NCBI GenBank assembly: GCA_030167865.1
Contig: JALAGF010004801.1
Span: 62,001 to 126,000, forward strand
Direction of reading: 5' to 3'
DNA length: 64,000 bases
Origin: Craspedostauros australis
Taxonomy: Eukaryota
Shown: positions 20,301 through 29,261 of the stretch, piece after piece
How positions within the stretch are numbered: the stretch's first letter is position 1
Layout: each line of letters begins with the position of its first letter
Program-made: the position numbers and the translations under genes
The notes under the pieces: generated by a model
Seen by the model: only the letters and a program-made list of their open reading frames with translations
What the model was told of the DNA's origin: nothing
Database searches by the model: none

Positions 20301-22979
20301 AGCGATGACATGCATGCGAATGTGAATGAATCTCATCCAAAGGCAATGCCAAGTTCCACCAAATCACGAACTGAATACGCCTCGCAGCATGACACGACAG
20401 AGTCGGCGTACGAAGAAGAGTCGTCATCCTCCGAAGCCGAAGGCGGCGGCGCTAGCCACAAGGGTCCATGGCATGAGCCGCATGTAGGTCAGTTCGAGGA
20501 CTCTGATTACGAAGTCATGTCGGAAGAGGAAGTTGAAGACGATGATATGCGAGACCATGAAAACCTAGGAGACATCCACATGTACAACCATGCTCATGAC
20601 AGCAACAGCAACAGCGACAACAATCACGGCGCTCATGGTCAAGGGCAAGAGCAAGGACACATACAGCAGTTGGGGTTTCTATCACCGGTGAAAATGGATT
20701 GGAGCAAGGCCCGAAGCATCGCTCAGTCGAGTCGAGACCGCGGCAATTTGCACACTGCCATCCATCCGTCCCTCGAGAATTCACCTGGCGAAAGCATCAT
20801 GAGCGAAATGTCCGATGTTAACTCGGCGGGTTCGAAACCAAACATTTCTGCCACACTCTTCCATTCGCAACATCGTCCAGCGAAACAAGAGACAATGATC
20901 GTCAAAAAGAAACCCCCTTCTCTGGATAGTCACGTTGCGAAGCAACAGTTGTCGGAGGATTCATTGCATTCCTACGATTCCAATCTCGAGGGCAGCTCTC
21001 GCATCGACGACACTTCCAACCGTTTGACGTCCATGGGGTTGCCTGTGGTTACGGAAGAAGACGGTTCGGAACATCGGAGCGCTTCGTTCCACCAGACAGC
21101 GTCAGATGCGTGGAACAAAAATGATACGACCCCAATGTACAAGCAAGCAAAAGAAAGACAAACGAATGGAATGCGATCCATTCTTGATGAAATGGCGACA
21201 CGAGGATTTGGTGCGAAACTTGGGCCGGTCGATGAAGGTGTGGATCCGCACGACGACATGCATGAATCAAATGGAACAACCACGCCGCACCCTCATAACA
21301 ATGGAGATCAAACCATTCCTTTGCCGGAGAAGCCTCAATCGCAACGTAATACGAGTGCGCATTCCGAACGCTCACACCAGAGTGGAAATGCTTCTGAGAA
21401 TGGCATCGAGAGCAGTCGGCAGCTGTCTCCACAAGGCGCCACGCCACGAAAGGCGAACACAGGTGACAGGGGGATTGAGAATGAGAGTATCAACAAGCAC
21501 GCCACAGGGACATCAGGTGATGGCGTGATCGATGGATCGGCTTCGCAGAAGGTGATTGGCAATGGTTCAACTGCTGCTGAAAATGATGATCATGATGATG
21601 GCAAGATGAATGGCGCAGGCACAAGCGCAAGCGCAAAGCAATCCAATGGTCACATCGTGCAGGTTGGACATGGCGATCTGGAACACGGAACTGATGTGCT
21701 GCGTGATGCAGAACACTCGATGATGTCTTCCCATCGAAGCTCAACAGAAATCAAGGCTTTATCACACGATCACGAAGAACCACTGCAGAATAATAACGAC
21801 GGGGACGACGTGCCCGTAGCCAGAAGGAACAGTGGCGAAAATGGACACGACAGAACTTCCTTCACTTCAACCGAAGCTGCTGCCGCACCTTGTGATTTGT
21901 CGACCAGGTCGATGGATCGTAACTCCATGCTGACGACGCCCAAAGGCAGAAGGGCGAGCGAGTTAAAGCGCCGCGTGCAAAAGCGTCGAGACGCGTTGAC
22001 GTCCATGTTCGAAACCTCAAAACGCAAATCCATGGATGACGAGAGCGAGATCCTGGAACTCAAGCGCAAGCTCGCGCTGAGCCAGGCGCTCGTTCAGAAT
22101 CTGGAGGTGGAGAACACTTTCCTGCAGCGCGAGGCGATCCTGAACCACAAGAGCGTCGAGCTCAGGATGATGCAAGCGGTCCATGAGACGGAGTCGAGGA
22201 TGGAAGATCGCTTGAAGGTTGTGCAGATCGAACGTGACGAAGCGATACAGGAATGTCACGCGTTGCGTCACATCGGTCTGGACGACACCTGCCCTACGTG
22301 CCGTCACATCTTTCAAGACAGGACGGATTCCATCATGGATCGGCCCGTGCAAAACACGATCTTGGCACGGCGGAAGCTGTTGCTGTTTGGGCATCCACCA
22401 TCAACAGCGGCAACGAATGGGCACTTTGTCCGTCCCAGTACTCGTCCGAGCCGCTCTGATGATGGCAGTGGCGACGGCAACGACGGTGGCGGTGACAGCC
22501 GCACGGGTGCGCACGAAGTTGACGACATGCAATCCATGCCAACGCGATTGTTGCGGCAACGTCGAGGCAGCATCTTTTCGGAAGGTGTGATTGATGACAT
22601 TGGGTCAATCGCCACGACGCTGCCGGATACGAATTCCATCATCGGAGGAACCGGTGGGTATCAGATTCATCACGGTGGAGTTGGCAGCTTCACGGAACCG
22701 CTGTCAAGTTGGAACTCTTCATCGGATCGATTCCATCTGCCATCCACGTCAGACATCCCAACGACGAACGGAGCAGGACAAGATGGGGGAGCAGGAAATG
22801 GAAGTGGCCGGGCCAGATACTCGGATGTTCCCACAGTGATTGAAGGTGCCAGCCAACACGAACCGATCCGTCAACATCACTTCGACAATGACTTCCCCAC
22901 AATGGAATCGGACTTTCATGCCGACGACTTCTCCAGCGACACCCTCGGCGACGGTTCGTATGACGACAGTGCTGAATAA
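17328..22979 (+). CDS. Very large low-complexity (Ser/His/Asn/Asp-rich) intrinsically disordered protein with C-terminal coiled coil and CPTC motif, ~1883 aa
   Basis: Uninterrupted 5.6-kb ORF, far longer than chance. First ATG at 17328. Heptad region ILELKRKLALSQALVQNLEVENTFLQRE...DEAIQECHALR followed by DTCPTCRH. Confidence 0.8.
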   Translation: MAADEHDGTRPPRSGSRRLSADTSRSSMRGKRSSSSNNAGNNGSNNGNNNGNNNGNNSGSESGSASGRGRRSASRRTSNDNNNGEGRAHNAPHSPSRMISPGAASQSQTRSRPKSSQRRGSNEGHLASPTNEGPSGPPAKSTSVTSVSSSILGSGIRSIFGRGSSAKDPNAGHVGELKSKQMKKIQKKSKIKQSQMVDIVQHGGKAVPVSKIKDTRTTTSVSPQKKRAASASMFSPGSSVNHPQHASASASSLLAWARFDDVRPKLLTDDDNNKDASANAGGGAGPSQTGNDHGNTAAHHHKDNHNHHQSHKDKDIQSPPSSVAKSTSRKSKSTSKKKSKKDKRSSSKKKTNGKDDGMNEHEDQDMYAGPNQQSNIEIPQPSPQNQVFKTSQSNAANAAAPIGTPTTTSTHNTNESAPPAQSPRDGSASTHNGSTSSKRRDVHSHESAKPTTTKQTTTAKSAPSVSPSHGNRYDDMFIPSYSSPTNPPSQFESNGQRHAPNRPAQALHDDHAHTQPAFDDIDSASTSQHSSSSSSSSSSAEYSSTSSSSSPPSSSASQDIDQRRQHPRRQTQQHAASSYRMNHSDALHKQRTSPHQNDRKNNPKPIPVRGITKSSSARSSRPKRLSTHTAPPKQRSLRSHEARAQARKNLDTPKQSQPSTRFRPNSSKRSLLASRANGSTASVTSGVDAAASVGSRRHSGGRQSAATSFEIIPDPAPPPPVMTPQMDSRRRGSGDSLSSNTRTPSTTGHSRVRMEIKKVAVDPHKSFNHKNNTSLRIGQEGQAIPRLADDNNDDDDDNDGENNDSSPNFPQIHSFDSSESNMSNFNLSQPHDLDAPVSPSVQWCRVPTHNKMHTLSTSKPIAPIAENHSSSSRPVSLALMSPTGSLSKSRRSRRPSPAGLDFGNELDTFHKRAQDDNKDANQTMMEAGHNSSNIRTNHGNGVTQRQQQHQHRQRHHLKAKLGTKSLHSEDDSIASTVMHSVTHNEDEHHGESDDMHANVNESHPKAMPSSTKSRTEYASQHDTTESAYEEESSSSEAEGGGASHKGPWHEPHVGQFEDSDYEVMSEEEVEDDDMRDHENLGDIHMYNHAHDSNSNSDNNHGAHGQGQEQGHIQQLGFLSPVKMDWSKARSIAQSSRDRGNLHTAIHPSLENSPGESIMSEMSDVNSAGSKPNISATLFHSQHRPAKQETMIVKKKPPSLDSHVAKQQLSEDSLHSYDSNLEGSSRIDDTSNRLTSMGLPVVTEEDGSEHRSASFHQTASDAWNKNDTTPMYKQAKERQTNGMRSILDEMATRGFGAKLGPVDEGVDPHDDMHESNGTTTPHPHNNGDQTIPLPEKPQSQRNTSAHSERSHQSGNASENGIESSRQLSPQGATPRKANTGDRGIENESINKHATGTSGDGVIDGSASQKVIGNGSTAAENDDHDDGKMNGAGTSASAKQSNGHIVQVGHGDLEHGTDVLRDAEHSMMSSHRSSTEIKALSHDHEEPLQNNNDGDDVPVARRNSGENGHDRTSFTSTEAAAAPCDLSTRSMDRNSMLTTPKGRRASELKRRVQKRRDALTSMFETSKRKSMDDESEILELKRKLALSQALVQNLEVENTFLQREAILNHKSVELRMMQAVHETESRMEDRLKVVQIERDEAIQECHALRHIGLDDTCPTCRHIFQDRTDSIMDRPVQNTILARRKLLLFGHPPSTAATNGHFVRPSTRPSRSDDGSGDGNDGGGDSRTGAHEVDDMQSMPTRLLRQRRGSIFSEGVIDDIGSIATTLPDTNSIIGGTGGYQIHHGGVGSFTEPLSSWNSSSDRFHLPSTSDIPTTNGAGQDGGAGNGSGRARYSDVPTVIEGASQHEPIRQHHFDNDFPTMESDFHADDFSSDTLGDGSYDDSAE

Positions 22980-23664
22980 TGATACTCGTACGAACGTGGT
23001 CCATACACACCAACATGGAGTGACGATCATGGATAAACCAGAGTGAAACAGAGTTGCAGAAGAGTGTGTTTTATGTTGCATACCACCGTTCTGGATTATT
23101 TGATGTTAGATTTGATAGGTGGGTGGTTCGTTCGTCCTCATCTTGCTATGGGTGTGTTGTTGCATCGTATCTGGTTGGATTTTGTTTCATGCGATAATCC
23201 TCACAGGTCCATTGACATGAATCCAACTTCTCGTTCTGAGAGTGCGGGCGGCTGCCGTCGACAAACGATCTGGCGCCAACTCCGCATGGATACGAGCTCT
23301 CGTGATCATTCTCAACATGACCATCTCTGGGTGCGCTGCGCTCTTGCTGCTATGCATCCCTCTGTTCTGTTCTTTGCTGTTCTGCGCTGCGTTGTGCTGC
23401 GTTGTGCTCATAAGAATACGTGTGTACGGTCGATGGACTTGCGCGGTTCGTTTCTGCAATAACTTACCGTTCGTCGTTGACGTCGTCGCATCTCCGCTGT
23501 TTGATGCACCTCCTCACGATTGGAGGTGTTCAAGTTTCAAAATGATTTGTGATGGGGTGGACTCGCAGAGTACAGTTGGGTACTCGTGCCATCACTCCCT
23601 CTTGATGGAATCCAGTCTGGTTTCATGATCGCCCGTTCACACGGGCTGTGCGATCCGTCGTCGC

Positions 23665-26600
23665 TTACTGGACGAAGGACAGCCCGGTGCGGGCACCAGA
23701 TGGATTCCATCCCTTGGTGGTGCCTTTGTTGAGGCTGTTGGTGTTGTTGTTGTTGTTGTTCATGGTGTTGAAGTTGCGCACGGACAATCCGCGACTCTTC
23801 TGTGCCGACAATCCCTTGCCGTTTGGCTTGCGGGCAGAGTCGTTCTCCTTCGCCGCTGCGGCGAGCTGGCGCCACTTGCGCGCCTCGCCTGGCGTGTTCT
23901 GGGCTGGGGCCTGGTTCTCGCCGTCCTGGTGGATGTTGGAGTGGAAGCGCTGCATCTGCTCCACCGGCTTCACGGTCTTGTTGCTCTGGCGGAATGGCAT
24001 GGCGTTGGCATTCTCCTTGTCCAAGATGGCGGACATGGTCGTGCTCTCTCCGGAGGACGCGAGGGAGTAGCGGGTCGATGCTCCGGTGGAGTAGGTGCCT
24101 TGGATCATGGCCAAGGTATCGCTGCTCTCTCTTCTGTCACGGAAGACATCGTTGCGGAGGCTGCTGATTCTGGACGATGCCATGGTGGACACGGATCCGG
24201 TGCTCTCGCGGTGGCCTGCGAAGCGAGCGTTCAAGGCGCTGCTTCGGTCCTGGCGGATGGTGGACACAGTGGACATGGTGGCGTGGGACGAACGGGTGTG
24301 GTCGTCGCTGAAATCGCCCTCGGTATCCATGAGCACGCTGTGCCCAGCCACATAGTGAGAGTTCTCGACCTCGGCATCCTCAGCCTCTGGTGATTCTGGG
24401 ATGCTGTTGATGCGGTACAAGATGTCGGATGCGGCCGACATGACGGAGATGTCTTGCGCGTTGGTGTGTCCCAGGTACTGCAACTGAGAGCGAGAATGCT
24501 GCGACGAGGCGCAGGATTCTTCGTCGACGGAGATGGAGTCATCCTGCGACGACATGCCGAAGCTTCCCGTAGCCAAGGCGTCGATCTTGTAGTTCATGAT
24601 CACCTGGGTGCGGATGAGCGGGGGGTTCATGCAGGAACCGTTCTGCTCCACTCCGGTGGACGAATGGCGCTTGCGTCTCAGCTTGCGCATGTCGGACACG
24701 CGCTTGTTGAGCTCCGAGATGCGGGTAGAGACGACACTGGATGCGGCGCTGCTGGAGCTGGTGCGGCGGTTCTTTCTCTTCACCTGCGCCTTGCTCTTCT
24801 TTGCCACGACAGGGCTCTCCTTCTTGCCCATGGCAGCCTTGGCCTGGCTCTGCTTCTTCAAGCTGCTGCGGCTGTGGCTGCTGACGCTGTCTGCGCCGAA
24901 GCTCGGTGCCTGCACGACAGGGGCAGGTGCTGGAGCAGCTTCCACAGAAGCAGCAGCAGCAGCAGGTGCCGGGGCCGTAGCGTCGCTGAAGATGTTCTTG
25001 GCCGCCTTGAAGCGGAGGAACGGAGAGTTGGTTGCGTTCGCGGTGGGCTGGTACTGGGACTTCTTGCCCTTGCCGAATGGTGTAGCCGTGACCTGATCAC
25101 CATCCTTGCGGTACACCCAGTGGAAGGTTTGCTCGGAGCTGTTGGTGGTGCCGCTTGCTCCAGAGTTGGCGCTCTCCAATGATTCACGGTTGACGGATTG
25201 CGTCGCTGATTCTCCCTCCTCAGGGATGATCACGAAGTCCTGTTCACGCGGGCTGTTGGTTGGAGCAAAATGAACTCTGGACTGGCGTTTGAGCGCTTCA
25301 TTCAAGCTGCGCATGTCCTCTGCCAACACCGTTTCATTTCCTTCATCGTCCTCGACTGGCTGATCGATCTTGTCGACGGATGTGCCAGCGCCGGTGACAG
25401 TTGCATCCTCGTTGTCGTCCAAATAGGTACTTTCGTTGACCATCTCTTCGATGATTTCCTGTGGTTCGACCAACGTGCTGGCATGGTGATGAGCAATGCT
25501 GCTGGTTGGAAGGCTCGTCAGGCTGAAGGTATCCGTGAGGTCAGACATCTTGGATTCGATGCCTGGGATCTCGAGAGTGGATCCTGTTGCCGTTGCTTGG
25601 ACCTTGCTGGTCGTTCTGGATCCGTAGTGCTCACCCTGTCCGAGAGTCAGGAGCTCGACACGGTCCGCGAGCTCATCGTGGGCGGACGACTGCGGGCTCG
25701 GGGCGCGGTAGTCGATCAGCTGCTTCTTGACAGGGATCTTGGCGGCCTCGGAACGAGATGACACCACGGTTCGCGACGCGATGGTGGCGATGGAAAAGAT
25801 GTCGCTGTCGCGTCGTCGGCTGGTCTTCGCCTTCTTCTGTTGCAAGGCCTCGAGCAGGAAGGTTGGGTCTGCCTCGGCGTACTTCTCCTGGAACAGGAAA
25901 GCGCCGTTGGTCATGGCCTGTCCGGACACGGGTCCCTTGATAGTGGAGGATGGTGCCGGTGCCTGGGAGTCGATGGACATCATGGATGGGCTGATGAGCG
26001 GGATGATGGCCGTGATGTTCTTGCTGTTTGCCAATCGAAGGCTGTTGGCTGGGGAGTCCGCATCCCAAGCGATGCGCTCGAAGTTCTGCGACTCCATCAT
26101 GCTTGGGGCGCTCTCAGTGACCTTGATCTCGTACGGGTCGAAGCTGCCGAGACTCTCGGCATCGTCGGCGGACATGGTGGGGAGGATTGGGCGGAAGAGC
26201 GACTCGAGCTTGCTGCGCTTGTCATTTTGCGGTCCTCCCGTGTTGATCTTGAGGCTGGCCACCTGCTGGATGGGGTTGAGGGGCATGTTGGCCACTGCTG
26301 TGGACTGGCGCTTCTTGACCTCCTCTGGCTTGAAGTAGCTTTCGGCATCGGATTCCGCATCGGATTCATCATCGAGGTTGTGGTTTCCGACGGCGAGCGC
26401 CTGCTGGAGGTGGGAGTCATCATGACTGAAGGCCTGTTGGATGGCGAAGCTGCCAAGAGTCAGAGCGGACAGCTTCAGCTGGCTTTCCTCCTGCTCTTCG
26501 GGCTTGCTGGCGGATTGGCTGCCCACGCTGCGGCTGGCGCTGGATGCATCGTTGGACTCGAGCGAGACCCTTGTCTTCGGCAGGAGGGTGTCGAGGTTGG

Positions 26601-28122
26601 CCATGACATGCTCGATGGATTTCTTGGACGATGGCAGCTCGCCGACGACGTCGTCGGCCTCCGACTCTTCGATGTCATCGGTGGATGCCTCATCCTGGAA
26701 GACTTCGACATCGTCGGACTTGTCAATATCTCCCACCATCGGCTCGAACATAGGCGAGCTGAATGGCAGGGACGCTGGGGGTCCGTCGGCCTTTGGTTCC
26801 TCCTCCACAGGCTTGTTGTTCGTGGCGGTTGAAGCAATATTGAAGAGGTCAAGGGAGATGTTGCTGGACTCGTCACCGACATCACCCAGCATGGTTGGTG
26901 GCGCTGCTGCTGCTGCCTTGGTGTTGAAGTGAGCTGGTGCCAGGAGGGTGGCGCTTTGCATCGGAGTCGCTGCCTTGGGCTGGTTGGCTTCGAGATGCTC
27001 CTGCGTCAGGGTGGAGTAGGAGGAGATGGACCCTTCCTTGGCCACAACGTACGGCGAAGGGTGCGGTTGCTTGGTGGCGCTGACGAATCCATTCTGCGCG
27101 AGGCGGTCGAAGTACTCGTCGGCCTGGTGCACGGCACCGTTGGAGTAGATCATGTGGTGCGGCGTGGATTGCGGAGCGTCGGTGGCCATCTTGGGCATGA
27201 CGAGCTCGTGGACGTCCTCCTTGAACGCGAATGGCATGTTCTGCATCCACATCTGCTGCAGATCCTCGTTCTCGTCGTTGAATTGGGCGGCGTCCTTGTT
27301 CTGGGCGGTATCCGAGCCACGGCTCTTGCGACGATCATCGCCGGCGTTGGCCTTGGACTTGGCGTTGGCGTTGTTGAAATCGCCAAAGGCGTTGTCCTCG
27401 GCAAGCTCCGCGAGTGGCCTCTGCGCCTTGCGCTCCTCGAGCGATTTCTTGCGGCTGGCCTTGCTGTTGTTGGAGCGTCTCTTGCTGCGCTCTTCCATGA
27501 TGGGCTCGAGGAGACCGCCATCGACGTCCTTGGAGATGCACTGGCCGAAGATCTGCTTGACCTTGCGGAAGCCCTTGCTGTCCTCCTCGAAGTACATGTC
27601 GGGATCGGCGTTGGCCTGTTGGTTCTCCTTGTCGAAGCTGATGCTCTGGAGATTGTCGATGCCGTCATTCGCGTGCTTGTGGTTGGCACGCTTTTGGCGC
27701 TGTCTGCCGTTCTTGGTGCGTCCGCCCTTGCCGGATCCGCCCGACTGCTGCTTCTGATGCTGCTGCTCATTGTGCTGTTTCACACCGTTGGATGCGAACT
27801 GATTCTTGTGGCGCTGCTTCATGTCTGGAATGGACTTGGTGATGACGCGGGATGTGCGACGTCTGTCCTGGGCGGAGGTGGGGACCGTGACCTTCTGCTG
27901 GTTGCGTCTCCTGTTGGACTTGGATCCGTTCTTGCCACCGTTGCCACGCCGCTTGTTCTTCTTGCTGGGCTGCGGCTGCGGGCGGATGACATGGTGAAAG
28001 TCGGAGGGGTTGGAAAGGTCGGAGGTCGGCGAGATGATGCGGAACTCGTTTGGGTCATGGTGGGAATACTCATCCGCTTGTCGCTGATGCTCCCGCGCCG
28101 GTTTGGAGGTGTCGCTGCCCAT
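23665..28122 (-). CDS. Large disordered protein with N-myristoylation motif, unknown function, ~1485 aa
   Basis: Uninterrupted 4.4-kb ORF with strong GC3 codon bias. Starts MGSDTS. Short helical motifs NSPFLRFKAAKNIF, VSTRISELNKRV and TPGEARKWRQLAAAAKE. Confidence 0.82.
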   Translation of the reverse strand: MGSDTSKPAREHQRQADEYSHHDPNEFRIISPTSDLSNPSDFHHVIRPQPQPSKKNKRRGNGGKNGSKSNRRRNQQKVTVPTSAQDRRRTSRVITKSIPDMKQRHKNQFASNGVKQHNEQQHQKQQSGGSGKGGRTKNGRQRQKRANHKHANDGIDNLQSISFDKENQQANADPDMYFEEDSKGFRKVKQIFGQCISKDVDGGLLEPIMEERSKRRSNNSKASRKKSLEERKAQRPLAELAEDNAFGDFNNANAKSKANAGDDRRKSRGSDTAQNKDAAQFNDENEDLQQMWMQNMPFAFKEDVHELVMPKMATDAPQSTPHHMIYSNGAVHQADEYFDRLAQNGFVSATKQPHPSPYVVAKEGSISSYSTLTQEHLEANQPKAATPMQSATLLAPAHFNTKAAAAAPPTMLGDVGDESSNISLDLFNIASTATNNKPVEEEPKADGPPASLPFSSPMFEPMVGDIDKSDDVEVFQDEASTDDIEESEADDVVGELPSSKKSIEHVMANLDTLLPKTRVSLESNDASSASRSVGSQSASKPEEQEESQLKLSALTLGSFAIQQAFSHDDSHLQQALAVGNHNLDDESDAESDAESYFKPEEVKKRQSTAVANMPLNPIQQVASLKINTGGPQNDKRSKLESLFRPILPTMSADDAESLGSFDPYEIKVTESAPSMMESQNFERIAWDADSPANSLRLANSKNITAIIPLISPSMMSIDSQAPAPSSTIKGPVSGQAMTNGAFLFQEKYAEADPTFLLEALQQKKAKTSRRRDSDIFSIATIASRTVVSSRSEAAKIPVKKQLIDYRAPSPQSSAHDELADRVELLTLGQGEHYGSRTTSKVQATATGSTLEIPGIESKMSDLTDTFSLTSLPTSSIAHHHASTLVEPQEIIEEMVNESTYLDDNEDATVTGAGTSVDKIDQPVEDDEGNETVLAEDMRSLNEALKRQSRVHFAPTNSPREQDFVIIPEEGESATQSVNRESLESANSGASGTTNSSEQTFHWVYRKDGDQVTATPFGKGKKSQYQPTANATNSPFLRFKAAKNIFSDATAPAPAAAAASVEAAPAPAPVVQAPSFGADSVSSHSRSSLKKQSQAKAAMGKKESPVVAKKSKAQVKRKNRRTSSSSAASSVVSTRISELNKRVSDMRKLRRKRHSSTGVEQNGSCMNPPLIRTQVIMNYKIDALATGSFGMSSQDDSISVDEESCASSQHSRSQLQYLGHTNAQDISVMSAASDILYRINSIPESPEAEDAEVENSHYVAGHSVLMDTEGDFSDDHTRSSHATMSTVSTIRQDRSSALNARFAGHRESTGSVSTMASSRISSLRNDVFRDRRESSDTLAMIQGTYSTGASTRYSLASSGESTTMSAILDKENANAMPFRQSNKTVKPVEQMQRFHSNIHQDGENQAPAQNTPGEARKWRQLAAAAKENDSARKPNGKGLSAQKSRGLSVRNFNTMNNNNNNTNSLNKGTTKGWNPSGARTGLSFVQ

Positions 28123-28320
28123 GATGAAGATGCGGTGTGATGTGCAAGAAACCACGTATGAGGGAGGAAGCTTCAAACGATGTTCGTACTGGTGTTGTGT
28201 GAATGTCGGAAGGGTTGCTGTGCAGAACGCTTGTTTCTTGTGTGATGTTGTTGTTGTTGTTCTTCTTTGTCTTCTCGGTTGCAGACCGGGAAGATTGTGT
28301 GCTTGATGCTTGATGCTCGT

Positions 28321-28371
28321 TGCTTGTGTGGTTGCTGCTTGTGTGGTTGCTGCTTGTGTGGTTGCTGCTTG
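28321..28371 (+). repeat. 15-bp tandem repeat (TGCTTGTGTGGTTGC)x3 in 5' leader
   Basis: Directly visible. Confidence 0.8.
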
Positions 28372-29261
28372 TTGTGAGGAGTAGGAGGATGTCGATGTCG
28401 ATCAATCTGGCAAGGAAGAAGGACGCGGTGGTCGTGAGAATGGCACCACGAAACAGGAATTGGTCGTTGTTGTGGCTGATGTCAACGTTCCGAAAATGTG
28501 ACGGGCGGAAGGTGACCGTTGCTCGTTGTTGCACGCCGGCACGTGGATGTTGTTAAGTGGACCTTGGAAAACCGTTGTTTCACGAAGAGCGCGTCGAGCT
28601 CGATTGGGTCGTACCATGTGTGATGACCTTGACCACATGAACCAAATGTCGTTGTTGCGGCATGTTGAGTCTGTTGAATCAAACGGCCTGTGCGTCGTCC
28701 GCGGTCCAATGATTTGAACCAAGACATCCACCAAACCCGCATTGCACGCTGATTGTGAGGAGCGTGGACAACACAGCAGCACCCACAGCATCCACACCGA
28801 TCAACACAGAGGCCACGACAAACCAAGAGCGCGACAAGAGCAAGACAACCACCAAAGTCAGGGGCATCGGTTGGCAAGACGAACACCGAATAGATCGTAC
28901 ATGTAGTCGTACAGGTGGACGATAGCATCTGTATCCTGACAGCTATTACTATAATACGTACCAACGTCCTCATACTCGTGCCCAGCACACTCCCAAGCAC
29001 CGATAGTCACGAACCATCACATTCCTGCCAGTCTCCTGACGCCACATCCGCAACATATTAGTAGTACTGTGTATTGTATGTAAGAGGAGAGAGCGAAGAT
29101 TCGGCAACGCAGGTGACCCCAAACAGGCATCCACCGGATCCTCCTTCTGATTTGGCGCCATTGACGATTCAAATTTGACAACGACCATCATCGCAATCGC
29201 AGACAAGTACAGTATAGTGCAGTATAGTACAATAGCATAGTGCGAGCTACGATCACTCACC

